From positions 276,319 through 340,318 of the forward strand of contig JAPLKG010000014.1 of the NCBI GenBank assembly GCA_026388185.1: a DNA stretch of 64,000 nucleotides, given 5' to 3'. The position numbers were made by a program, and so were the translations under genes. Origin of the DNA: Candidatus Eiseniibacteriota bacterium. Its GTDB lineage: Bacteria > Eisenbacteria > RBG-16-71-46 > JAFGJU01. The notes below the pieces were generated by a model. That model was not told the origin of the DNA and ran no database searches. It saw only the letters and a program-made list of their open reading frames with translations. This document shows positions 29,412-38,963 of this stretch, one piece after another. Numbering within the stretch: position 1 is the first letter of the stretch; every line of letters begins with the position of its first letter.

Positions 29412-29621
29412 GACGAGAGTATTGCCCAACGAATCAGAACATGTCAAATGTTTTTTGCCGAAGAACCTGGCCCTGGGGTGCAGTCTGGTTGCGCTCGGAC
29501 GCCTGACTAGGGTCTTCACCGGGATGAGCAAGCCGACTAGTGCATTCTGACGGTCGTTGGCGCATACGGTCCTTCTTATTTGTTACTTCCCATGCTGTTG
29601 TCGTTCCTAATAATTTTTTTC

Positions 29622-29650
29622 TTGACACCTGCACAAATGTGCAGTAAAAT
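29622..29650 (+). promoter_or_regulatory. lexA promoter with candidate LexA box in the spacer
   Basis: TTGACA-17-TAAAAT; spacer holds the dyad CTGCACA-AA-TGTGCAG (29629-29644). Confidence 0.8.
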
Positions 29651-29750
29651 GTCTGCGGAATGTTTGATGTAGGCAAAATCCGAGATACCGATTGAATGTT
29701 CAGTGCAGAAACGAAGGTAGCTAACCGATTGAAAATAAAAGAGGTAGCGT

Positions 29751-30584
29751 ATGGGAATGAAAGATCGAGATCGAGTCAAACTTGAGAGACCAAGAGGCGG
29801 TAGGAAGCTCGGCAAGGGACAAGGTGCGGGTAAAAGAGCGCAGGCTGGCCAAAGAGCAACGGGTTGTCTCGGAGCGAGGGCCGGGAAGATCCTCGATTTT
29901 ATAGTGAATTCTATTCTTGAAAAGGGTTCGCCACCGACGATACGCGAGATAGGAAAAGAGTTCAGGATTTCCTCTACTAATGGAGTGAGATATTACCTCG
30001 GAGTTCTTGAAAAGGCCGGATGCATTAAACGTAAAGGGAAGATATCGAGGGGCATAGAAGTGAAGAGAGAGTGGATTGATTCCGCGAGAGGGGAGTCTTG
30101 GAGATTCGTCCTCGGCCGGGTTCAAGGCGGAAGGATTGACAAGGCGAGGGAAATCAGCCCAAGCAGCCCACTAGGATTACTCAGACCACTAGGATTACCA
30201 GGGCTTGTTGAGGTTCCCCTCGTCGGTAGGGTGGCTGCCGGCACTCCTGTTCTTGCCGAGGAGAACATAGAAGATGTTATAACGGTCGATGGGAGCATCG
30301 CGAAACCCGGGAAACTTTTCGCGCTGAGAGTGCGCGGAGACAGCATGAAGAACGCGGGCCTTCTTGATGGAGACATAGCCATCGTAAGGCAACAACCCCG
30401 CGCCGATTCAGGCGATATTGTAGTCGCGCTTCTTGGAGAAGAGGCCACGGTGAAAAAATACGTCCTCAAAGAAAACGAAGTGATACTTGAGCCGGAGAAC
30501 GAAAGCTATGAACCCATAGTTGTAACGGAAGAAAGTCAATTCAGTTTGGTGGGTAAGGTGATCGGATCGTTGAGAAGGTATTGA
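29751..30584 (+). CDS. lexA: SOS repressor LexA
   Basis: PPTIREI HTH, VAAG cleavage site, GDSM catalytic Ser, TVKK; extended N-terminus and linker. Confidence 0.95.
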   Translation: MGMKDRDRVKLERPRGGRKLGKGQGAGKRAQAGQRATGCLGARAGKILDFIVNSILEKGSPPTIREIGKEFRISSTNGVRYYLGVLEKAGCIKRKGKISRGIEVKREWIDSARGESWRFVLGRVQGGRIDKAREISPSSPLGLLRPLGLPGLVEVPLVGRVAAGTPVLAEENIEDVITVDGSIAKPGKLFALRVRGDSMKNAGLLDGDIAIVRQQPRADSGDIVVALLGEEATVKKYVLKENEVILEPENESYEPIVVTEESQFSLVGKVIGSLRRY

Positions 30585-30597
30585 GCTAAACAAAGTC

Positions 30598-30849
30598 ATG
30601 ATCGAGACAATCAATGAAGCCATAGAGGTTGTGTCTGTTTGTACAAACGGCAAGATGCATCCCCTTCGTTTAAGGTGGAAAGGCAAAGTAGTCAAGGTGA
30701 AGAGAATCACGGGCGAGTGGAGAAAAAACGAGGGAGAAGCAAGGGTCTATTACTATTCGATCCTTGGTGAGAATTCCGACTACTTCGAGATTTGCTACGA
30801 TTCGCGCACGCTAATCTGGACTCTGTGCAGAGTATGGCTTGAGGGATAG
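30598..30849 (+). CDS. DUF6504-like small protein (resembles the ImuB C-terminal domain)
   Basis: P-x-R-x-x-W-x-G...W...YY...FEI-x-Y...W-x-L pattern; lies between lexA and dinB. Confidence 0.7.
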   Translation: MIETINEAIEVVSVCTNGKMHPLRLRWKGKVVKVKRITGEWRKNEGEARVYYYSILGENSDYFEICYDSRTLIWTLCRVWLEG

Positions 30850-30877
30850 GCGCGTGAAAGAAAGCAGTGGAGAGCGG

Positions 30878-32038
30878 ATGCGAACAATAGCCCACATAGA
30901 CATGGATGCATTCTTTGCGTCGGTTGAGCAGGTATTTAATCCGCACTATAAAGGCAAACCTCTTGTAGTGTGTGGTGACCCGAACAGAAGAGGGGTTGTG
31001 TCAACGGCTTCTTACGAAGCCCGCAAGTACGGAGTAAGAGCCGGAATGCCGCTTCAGGAAGCGCGCTACCTGTGTCCTAACGGGATTTATGTAGAGGGAA
31101 ATTCCGAGAAATACGTGCATGTTTCTCTCAAACTCCTTGAGATTTACAAAGACTTCACGCCGATGGTGGAACCCTTCAGCATTGACGAGGCCTTTCTGGA
31201 TTTGACGGGGACTATTTATGAATGGGAAGTGGCGAGAAAGGGAGCCATTCTTATAAAGAAGAGGATTCGCGAGGAGTTTAACCTTACGGCCTCAATAGGG
31301 ATAGCTCCGAACAAGTACATGGCCAAGATGGCGTCGGGCCTAGAAAAACCGGACGGCCTGGTCCAGATTGACAGTGAAGACTACAGGAAGATTTTCTGGA
31401 AGCGAAAGGTGGAAGAATTGTGGGGCGTGGGAGCCAAAACCGCTGTAGCATTGAGAAGGTTGGGTATAGACACCGTCGACGACCTGGCCAGATTTCCGGT
31501 CACTATTTTGAGAGCAGAATTTGGAATCAACGGAGAGAAGCTTTCTGATATGGCGAACGGGAAGGACGATTCTCCTGTCACTCCTTACTACGAAGGCGTG
31601 CCGGTAAAATCAATGGGTCACGAATATACCTTGAGGGAGGATACGGACAGTCTCGACAAATTGGAAAGGACGCTCTTAAGGCTTTCGGATCAGGTCGGGC
31701 GACGCCTCAGACAAGAAGGGTATCTCGGTGACACCGTGACGCTGAAACTGAGAAGCAGTACGTTTGCAACAATAACAAGACAGAAAAAACTCACGGGTTA
31801 CACCGATGAAGATAGAATGATATTCGGCGTGGGGAGAGGCCTCCTGAAAGAAAACTGGAAGGGAGAAAAAGTAAGACTGGTGGGTGTGAGTATTTCGGGA
31901 CTCGTGAGAAGAGGCCACAGCTTAAGCGAATCTCTTTTCGAGAAGGACGAAAAAGAGCGAAGAGTGCTTGAGGCAATCGATAACCTCAGGGACAAGTTCG
32001 GCGAGAACGCGATAGTAAGAGCGGGTGCCATGCGATAA
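30878..32038 (+). CDS. dinB: Y-family DNA polymerase IV-like
   Basis: HIDMDAFFASVE, SYEARKYGV, SIDEAFLD, KPDG; C-terminal AIDNLRDKFG motif. Confidence 0.95.
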   Translation: MRTIAHIDMDAFFASVEQVFNPHYKGKPLVVCGDPNRRGVVSTASYEARKYGVRAGMPLQEARYLCPNGIYVEGNSEKYVHVSLKLLEIYKDFTPMVEPFSIDEAFLDLTGTIYEWEVARKGAILIKKRIREEFNLTASIGIAPNKYMAKMASGLEKPDGLVQIDSEDYRKIFWKRKVEELWGVGAKTAVALRRLGIDTVDDLARFPVTILRAEFGINGEKLSDMANGKDDSPVTPYYEGVPVKSMGHEYTLREDTDSLDKLERTLLRLSDQVGRRLRQEGYLGDTVTLKLRSSTFATITRQKKLTGYTDEDRMIFGVGRGLLKENWKGEKVRLVGVSISGLVRRGHSLSESLFEKDEKERRVLEAIDNLRDKFGENAIVRAGAMR

Positions 32039-32082
32039 TGTTGTACGAGTCATGCCATGATTTCAAGTGAGAGAACGTACTG

Positions 32083-33186
32083 ATGACAGAAGACTTTCAT
32101 AAGAAACCCTTCGACGAGGGGACCATGGTGAAGCTCCGTCTTTTTGAGAACTACGTCGCGGAGTGGCTTCCGGTGTTCATATCCTCCGCCCAGGGAAAAC
32201 GAATCAATATAGTTGATTTCTTCGCGGGGCCGGGAAGAGATGTCAAGGGAGTAGACGGGAGTCCACTTATTGCGCTTAAACAGATTCGCAAATTCACCTT
32301 CCGCATTCGACAAAGCTCCAGTTTGTTGTACTTGCTTCTCAATGAGAAAGCCACACAGAAAGCGGCTACACTTCGCAGCATAATGGAAAGTCAGACAGTT
32401 GATGAGAAGTTGTGTAAGTGTGAAATTGAGGCACTGGATTTCGGGAAGGCCTTCGAGAAGTATTACCCACACCTTCTAGGGAATGCAAACCTGCTCTTCT
32501 TAGATCAAACCGGAGTGAAGTCCATATCGGACGACGTGTTTGTCAGAATCCTAGAGCTTCCGACGACAGACTTCATTTTCTTTATTGCATCCTCGTCGCT
32601 CCGTCGATTTGCCGATCATCCCTATTTCCATAGACACCTGAAGATTCCTAAGGGGACTATTTCAGCTCGGAGTTTCAATGAGACGCACCGCGTAGTTACG
32701 GACTACTATCGCAGTCTGGTCCCGCCTGGGAGGGAGTTCTACTTGGGCTCTTTTTCGATTAAGAAGGGCAGCAATCTGTACGGGATCATATTTGGATCGG
32801 GACATCCACTTGGAATGGAGAAATTCCTCAGGGTATGTTGGAAACTGCATTCAATTCGCGGTGAGGCGAACTTCGATATTGATTCGGAAGACATCAATGC
32901 CCGTTCACCACACCTGTGGAAAGAAATGGATAGACCTAAGAAGCTCGATCTCTTCGAACGGGAATTGCGGCAACGTGTACTGAAAAAAGAACTGAGAACC
33001 GATGGTGATTTATATCTATTTGCCCTCCGACGAGGATTTCGGCCATCCCATGCGCGCCACGTATTGAACCGAATGTTGAAGAAAAGCGAGGTAGCTATGG
33101 CTGAGCCGAGGGTTAGACCTAGGATCTCTCTGGATGGCTACAAGGCACCCCGGACCCTTGAGGTATTACAGAATGGCAATCTCTAG
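32083..33186 (+). CDS. Three-Cys-motif partner protein (TcmP-like, methyltransferase fold)
   Basis: KL-x-LF-x-x-Y...W, DFFAGPG, GSPLIAL, FLDQTG; adjacent to DUF5131. Confidence 0.85.
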   Translation: MTEDFHKKPFDEGTMVKLRLFENYVAEWLPVFISSAQGKRINIVDFFAGPGRDVKGVDGSPLIALKQIRKFTFRIRQSSSLLYLLLNEKATQKAATLRSIMESQTVDEKLCKCEIEALDFGKAFEKYYPHLLGNANLLFLDQTGVKSISDDVFVRILELPTTDFIFFIASSSLRRFADHPYFHRHLKIPKGTISARSFNETHRVVTDYYRSLVPPGREFYLGSFSIKKGSNLYGIIFGSGHPLGMEKFLRVCWKLHSIRGEANFDIDSEDINARSPHLWKEMDRPKKLDLFERELRQRVLKKELRTDGDLYLFALRRGFRPSHARHVLNRMLKKSEVAMAEPRVRPRISLDGYKAPRTLEVLQNGNL

Positions 33187-33907
33187 GATCGAATGGACAG
33201 AGATGTCATGGAACCCGGTCACGGGATGTTCCAAGCTGTCCGCGGGATGCAAGAACTGCTACGCCGAAGTCTTGGCCAAGAGACTGTGCTCTATGGGTTC
33301 AGAGAAGTACGTGAACGGCTTTGAGGTAGCGACGCATCCCGAGGCGCTCCCGGTTCCGTTCAAGTGGAAGACCCCCCGCATGGTTTTTGTGAACTCAATG
33401 AGCGACTTGTTTCACGACGCAGTACCCTTGAGCTTCATACTGGAAGTGTTCAAGGTCATGAACCAGTGCAGGCGGCACCAGTTTCAGGTATTGACCAAAA
33501 GGCCTAAGCGTCTGGTGTCGCTGGATCAAGTGCTTCCATGGAGTGCTAATATCTGGATGGGAGTCTCCGTTGAGAATGAGGAGGTGCTGGGTCGAGTAGA
33601 TTGGCTTAGGAAATGCAGTGCGAAGGTCAAGTTCTTATCGCTGGAGCCCTTGCTGGGTCCCCTCAACCATCTTTCCTTGGCTCACATTGATTGGGTGATT
33701 GTCGGGGGAGAGTCTGGCTCCCGTGCAAGACCGACTCGGGAGGAGTGGGTCTTGGAGATCCGCAACAAGTGTGCAGACACTGGGGTACCCTTCTTTTTCA
33801 AGCAATGGGGTGGGGCAAATAGGAAGAAGGCCGGGCGTCTATTGTGTGGGCGGACGTATGAGCAGATGCCACCCTTTGCCGCCGAAGAAAGCCTATTGCT
33901 GGCTTAG
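33173..33907 (+). CDS. Phage Gp37/Gp68 (DUF5131) family radical-SAM-like protein
   Basis: IEWTEMSWNPVTGCSKLSAGCKNCYA, FVNSMSDLFH, LTKR, WVIVGGESG, FFKQWGG. Confidence 0.92.
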   Translation: MAISRIEWTEMSWNPVTGCSKLSAGCKNCYAEVLAKRLCSMGSEKYVNGFEVATHPEALPVPFKWKTPRMVFVNSMSDLFHDAVPLSFILEVFKVMNQCRRHQFQVLTKRPKRLVSLDQVLPWSANIWMGVSVENEEVLGRVDWLRKCSAKVKFLSLEPLLGPLNHLSLAHIDWVIVGGESGSRARPTREEWVLEIRNKCADTGVPFFFKQWGGANRKKAGRLLCGRTYEQMPPFAAEESLLLA

Positions 33908-34035
33908 AGTTTCTTCGTAATCTATGTCCCAAGCGGACGCTGCAGCAGCAGCGTCGCAAGGCCTCGCCAGTGATTACTGCCGCTATGCAGAGCTTAGGAT
34001 GGATTTGGTCTCTTTTCTTTGAGTGAGTGTCCTGC

Positions 34036-34689
34036 ATGAAGAATGATTGCTGGGAGATTGTCCTTGCAGAGGACAAATTCAATCAATTGAGAAATGATAA
34101 GGCCTTTCTGGCGATCTTGACGCTTGCGCGCTGTGTCAACGCGCTCAGATTTTGCCAGACCCCTTTGATCGAGTCCGAGCGCAAGAGTACTCCTGCTGTG
34201 AGTAGACAACGTCTCAATTCGGTCTTGCTTGCGAGTTCGGTCTTGTACGAAGGGTTGAAGGTTGCTGATTCGCTGGGACGTGATTTCAAGAGCCTAGTTT
34301 CCTTCCGGGAAGGGTTTGGGAAGCTGCTCAAGAAGCCAGAGACGAAGAAACTTAGGAGCGGGATCCTTTGGAAGATGAGGAATAAATTCGTGTTCCACTT
34401 CGATCAAGACGTAGCAGCCATGGCATTGACTCACTTCGAATTGCCTTCATACAAGTTCGCCGTGGGACAGGGAACAGCCCGGGGTCACGTTTACTATGCC
34501 CTAGCAGATGAGATCAGCCTTCATTATTTGCTGGACCCCGAGGGTGAGAAATCGAATGACCAACTGGAAAAAATATACATACAGTTCGCTCAGGAAATAG
34601 CAGATCTCATGGTTGAGTTTGACAATGCGGCAGAGGAGCTGATTGCCGAAACCTTACTACAGCAGGGCTGGTCATTAGGTGACGATTAG
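34036..34689 (+). CDS. Hypothetical helical protein with HEPN-like R-x5-H motif
   Basis: All-alpha character, MRNKFVFH. Confidence 0.6.
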   Translation: MKNDCWEIVLAEDKFNQLRNDKAFLAILTLARCVNALRFCQTPLIESERKSTPAVSRQRLNSVLLASSVLYEGLKVADSLGRDFKSLVSFREGFGKLLKKPETKKLRSGILWKMRNKFVFHFDQDVAAMALTHFELPSYKFAVGQGTARGHVYYALADEISLHYLLDPEGEKSNDQLEKIYIQFAQEIADLMVEFDNAAEELIAETLLQQGWSLGDD

Positions 34690-34915
34690 CGGGGAAGAAG
34701 ACGAACCTGACGAAGGCACAGCCCAATGTAGATCCGTCATCAGCGCCTCATGTACCTGCCAGGGGCTTCTACGGGTGCAGGCGATGCGTAGCGTAAAGTT
34801 GCCCGAGTTGCAGCCGTTTGAGACTCGCTCAGACTGGAAGAGAACGGCAACAGTCGGCGCTGTGAGCTTAGCTTCATCTTGACGCTGAGGGATTCGCAGC
34901 ACAGAGAGAAGGGCC

Positions 34916-35692
34916 ATGATAAGAATAGGTACGAGCGGCTACAGTTTTGATGACTGGGTGGGGACTTTCTATCCGCCCGACATTCGGAAGGGCGACATGC
35001 TTTCTTACTACGCCAAGCACTTCAACGTGGTGGAGATAAATTCCAGCTACTATAGGATTCCCCATCCGGCAGTATTTCACCAGATGGAGAAGAAGACCGC
35101 CCCCGGCTTTGAATTCTTCGTCAAGGCGAACAAGGCAATGACGCACGAGTGGAGCACGGAACGGGCTCTGTACCAGCAGTTTCTGGATTCGTGCCGCCCG
35201 CTCGTGGAGGCGGGCAAGTTCTGTGGTGTTCTGGCCCAGTTTCCCTGGGGGTTCAAACAGAACGAAAAAAACTCCGAGTTCCTCAAGAAAATGCGCGAGA
35301 ACTTTGGGGACACCCCTCTGGTCGTTGAGTTCAGGAACGATTCCTGGGTCAAGGACGAAGTGTTCTCTCTCCTCGAGAAGGAGAGCATCTCCTTCTGCGC
35401 CGTGGATGAACCGCCGTTGAGGGGGTTGGTGCCGCCGATTGTGAAGTACACCGCCGAACCTGGTTACGTGAGGTTTCATGGGAGAAACGCGAGGAACTGG
35501 TGGGCGAGCGGCGGAGGCGATCGGTACGACTATGACTACACCGAACAAGAACTGACGGAGTGGTTAGGAAAGATAAAGGAGCTGGCCGCAACCGCGCGGA
35601 AGACGTACATTTTCTTCAACAACTGTCATGCGGGGCAGGCGGCGAGAAGTGCGAAACTCATGGAGAGGCTACTGTCGCTTGAGATTCAATAG
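34916..35692 (+). CDS. DUF72 family protein
   Basis: IGTSGYS..W, VEINSSYY, EFRN, YVRFHGRN, YDYDY, FFNN. Confidence 0.93.
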   Translation: MIRIGTSGYSFDDWVGTFYPPDIRKGDMLSYYAKHFNVVEINSSYYRIPHPAVFHQMEKKTAPGFEFFVKANKAMTHEWSTERALYQQFLDSCRPLVEAGKFCGVLAQFPWGFKQNEKNSEFLKKMRENFGDTPLVVEFRNDSWVKDEVFSLLEKESISFCAVDEPPLRGLVPPIVKYTAEPGYVRFHGRNARNWWASGGGDRYDYDYTEQELTEWLGKIKELAATARKTYIFFNNCHAGQAARSAKLMERLLSLEIQ

Positions 35693-38071
35693 ATGAGACA
35701 GGTTTGTGATAGAAAGACCGGAGCCGAGGTGACGATCAAGGAAGCGCTGAAAGACTTACTTTCTTCGCCGGGCTTCAAAGAAAGAGTGAAGTACATAAAG
35801 AATCTGGAAGCACGAGAGGCAGTCTACGGTGAACTCTCGTCGCCGCTACGGGCCGAGCTCTCAGGCGCGCTTGCAGGGGTGGGAATTGAGCGGCTCTATT
35901 CCCATCAAGTGAGGGCCGTGGAGCTTGCGAGAGAGGGAAAGCACTTCGTAGTTGTTACCGGGACGGCAAGCGGAAAGACTCTCTGCTATAACATCCCGGT
36001 GCTTGAGACGTTGCTTTCGAGAGAGAACGCGAACGCTTTCTACGTCTTTCCGACAAAGGCGCTGGCCCAGGATCAGTTGAAGGGGCTCCTCAGGTTGGCC
36101 TCCCAGGACGAGAGAATATCGTCCCGTCTTCACCTCGGCACGTACGACGGAGACACCACGCCTCACGCGAGGCGAAAGCTTCGCGAAGCCGCTAACGTGA
36201 TTCTCACCAATCCTGACATGTTGCACCAGGGAATCCTGCCTTACCACACGCGCTGGAGCAAATTTTTCTCGAATCTTGAGTACGTGGTTATCGATGAGAT
36301 CCATTCTTACAGAGGCATTTTCGGTTCCAACGTGGCTAACGTAATAAGAAGGTTGCGCAGAGTCTGCAGTCACTACGGTTCGAACCCGAAATTCGTTCTT
36401 TGCTCGGCAACTATCAGGAACCCCCAGGATTTGGCCTCGCAACTCATCGGCCTCGACGTAGAGATCGTCTCCGAAGATGGGTCGCCACGCGGTTCGAAGA
36501 TGTTTATTTTCTGGAATCCCCCTTTTCTTGACGAAGCAAAGATGGAACGAAGAAGCTCAAACGTTGAGGCGAAAGAGCTTCTGGTTGAGCTTGTCAAGAA
36601 TGGAATACAAACAATCGCGTTCACCAAGGCAAGGGTCGTCGCGGAATTGATATACCGGTACGCCTTGGACGATCTTTTGAAACACAGGGCGACGTTGAAG
36701 GATTCCATAAGGCCCTACAGAGCGGGATATCTTCCGGAGGATAGAAGAGAAATCGAGCGACAGCTTTTCTCCGGCGAACTCATGGGCGTTGTCAGCACGA
36801 ACGCGCTTGAACTCGGAATTGATGTCGGCGGGCTCGACGCATCAATCACTGTAGGATTTCCCGGTACTATCGCGAGCACGTGGCAGCAGGCAGGTAGGGC
36901 TGGTAGGGGCACAAGAGAAGCCTTGAGCGTGCTCGTTGCGTACAACGACCCGATTGACCAATACCTCATGCGTCACCCGGAGTATTTCTTTAGACAGTCG
37001 CCCGAGAGCGCGGTCGTTGCTCCCGACAATCCATATGTTCTTGCGGGCCACCTCTGCGCCGCGGCCTTCGAGCTTCCGATATCGGAGTCCGACAGGGAGC
37101 TCTTTGGTCCGCTGACCGAGGAGATCACGCGCGTGCTCGAAGACGAAGGCAAGATGAAGGGGATAGACAAGAAATGGTACTGGTCCAGCACCGATTTCCC
37201 CGCCGCCTCGGTGAATTTGAGAACCATTTCCGATGACACCTACACTATCGTGGACGCGAAACACGGCAACACGGTGATAGGAACGGTTGATGCCATAAGC
37301 GCACCGGAGCTTGTTTACCCCGAGGCCATCTATTTGCATGAAGGGGAGACCTTCTTCACGAAAAAGCTCGACATGGAGCAGAAGGTTGCATACGTGGAAC
37401 GAGCTGAGGTGGACTATTACACGCAGCCCGTCCTCGACACCAGTCTGAGGGTATTGAGACAACGAAAAGAAAAGAAATTGGCGGGACAGAGAGTCGTTCT
37501 TGGCGACGCGGACGTGACCTGGGCGACGATCGCGTTTAAGAAAATAAAGTTCTACAGCCTGGACAGCATCGGATACAAGACGCTCGATCTTCCAGCGCAA
37601 CACCTTGAGACGGCCAGTATGTGGTTCGTACCCGCGACGACCCTCCTGAAGCAGGTTCGAGTGGCGGGCAAGAATCCCGTCGAAGGGCTCGCGGGCATAC
37701 GCAACATGATGATAAACGTAGTTCCTCTTTTTGCCATGTGCGACAGGCAAGATATCGGAGGAGTCATAGACAGCAGTAATACGGGCACGCCCACCATCTT
37801 CATTTACGACAGATTCCAGGGGGGTCTCGGATTCGCCGAGAGAACGTACGAACTCATCCAGGAAGTGCTTCAAGCCTGTCTTTCTCTGGTCAAAGAATGC
37901 GAGTGTTCCGAGGGATGTCCTTCCTGCGTCGGTCTCCCGATACTCAGACCTGCGCAGCACCAGGACCCCGACGTCTATCACGGTTGGGCGATTCCTAGTA
38001 AGGAGATCGCGCGAGCAATGTTGGAGGCTCTCGTCATGAAGAGTGGGCCGATCTTGGGCGAACGACGCTGA
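35693..38071 (+). CDS. DEAH helicase with DUF1998 (MrfA/YprA-like)
   Basis: TGTASGKT, TNPDMLH, DEIH, SATI, ALELGIDVG, QQAGRAGR, GGLGF, C-x-C-x3-C-x2-C. Confidence 0.93.
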   Translation: MRQVCDRKTGAEVTIKEALKDLLSSPGFKERVKYIKNLEAREAVYGELSSPLRAELSGALAGVGIERLYSHQVRAVELAREGKHFVVVTGTASGKTLCYNIPVLETLLSRENANAFYVFPTKALAQDQLKGLLRLASQDERISSRLHLGTYDGDTTPHARRKLREAANVILTNPDMLHQGILPYHTRWSKFFSNLEYVVIDEIHSYRGIFGSNVANVIRRLRRVCSHYGSNPKFVLCSATIRNPQDLASQLIGLDVEIVSEDGSPRGSKMFIFWNPPFLDEAKMERRSSNVEAKELLVELVKNGIQTIAFTKARVVAELIYRYALDDLLKHRATLKDSIRPYRAGYLPEDRREIERQLFSGELMGVVSTNALELGIDVGGLDASITVGFPGTIASTWQQAGRAGRGTREALSVLVAYNDPIDQYLMRHPEYFFRQSPESAVVAPDNPYVLAGHLCAAAFELPISESDRELFGPLTEEITRVLEDEGKMKGIDKKWYWSSTDFPAASVNLRTISDDTYTIVDAKHGNTVIGTVDAISAPELVYPEAIYLHEGETFFTKKLDMEQKVAYVERAEVDYYTQPVLDTSLRVLRQRKEKKLAGQRVVLGDADVTWATIAFKKIKFYSLDSIGYKTLDLPAQHLETASMWFVPATTLLKQVRVAGKNPVEGLAGIRNMMINVVPLFAMCDRQDIGGVIDSSNTGTPTIFIYDRFQGGLGFAERTYELIQEVLQACLSLVKECECSEGCPSCVGLPILRPAQHQDPDVYHGWAIPSKEIARAMLEALVMKSGPILGERR

Positions 38072-38072
38072 C

Positions 38073-38921
38073 ATGAAGCTGAGTAGCAAGAGCAGAGAAT
38101 CTCTGTGTAATTTGATCTCCGCCCACCGGACCTCACGTGAGGAGAAAGAGACTCGTCACAGGACACCCGTCTCCGTGGAAGAACTCCTGCCGGGTGGGGT
38201 GCTGAAGGGCAAGCACGGCCAGATATTCGTTCACGAAAGGCTCAGGTCCGAGATAGAGAGGAACACGCAGCGGATCGTCTCGCTTTATCGTCAGGCAGAG
38301 CTAAACGCCTTTTCTGCCACGCTGGAGGGCAAGGCGGGCGAATTTTCGGAATTGGGAAAGACGGGATTCTCGCGGGCCGTCTTTCTCGATATCGAAAGCA
38401 CGGGGCTTTTCAATTGCCCGACCTTTCTTGCCGGTGCGATGTTTCTTTCGGGGGACGATTTCGTCATAAGGCAATTCTTCGCCCGCGACTACTCTGAAGA
38501 GAAATGTCTCATAGAAATCCTCTCAAAATTTCTTCGTCAGTTTGAGGCCGTGATTACTTTCAACGGAAAATCGTACGACATTCCGTTTATTGCAGACCGA
38601 GCCATATATCACGGCGTCAAATTTGCGACGCGCCACTCGCACGTTGATCTTCTCCATCACTCGAGACGGCACTGGAAGGGGACTCTCCCCAACTGCAAAC
38701 TTCAGACGCTGGAGCTTCACGTGTGTCGAAGAAGAAGGGTCGGAGACATTCCGAGCTCTGAGATCCCGCAGCTCTACCACGATTTTGTGCGGACGGGCGA
38801 TCCTTACCTTCTGATCCACGTGTTTCATCACAACATGCTTGACCTGATAACGATGAGTGAGTTACTGGTGGAACTGATGCGCAGGGAGGGGCTGATTCGC
38901 GCACGCCGTGCATTGCAGTAG
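38073..38921 (+). CDS. RNase H-like exonuclease (MrfB/YprB-like)
   Basis: FLDIESTG, TFNGKSYD, HVDL, HNMLDL; directly after the MrfA-like helicase. Confidence 0.88.
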   Translation: MKLSSKSRESLCNLISAHRTSREEKETRHRTPVSVEELLPGGVLKGKHGQIFVHERLRSEIERNTQRIVSLYRQAELNAFSATLEGKAGEFSELGKTGFSRAVFLDIESTGLFNCPTFLAGAMFLSGDDFVIRQFFARDYSEEKCLIEILSKFLRQFEAVITFNGKSYDIPFIADRAIYHGVKFATRHSHVDLLHHSRRHWKGTLPNCKLQTLELHVCRRRRVGDIPSSEIPQLYHDFVRTGDPYLLIHVFHHNMLDLITMSELLVELMRREGLIRARRALQ

Positions 38922-38963
38922 AGGTCTTGACGGAAGGTGGCCTCGATCACGAGGGAATCCTGA

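Noticed and set aside
35693-38071. DISARM DrmB or Druantia-type defence helicase
   Set aside because: Helicase-DUF1998 fusion followed by a YprB-like exonuclease fits MrfAB; no other DISARM genes nearby.
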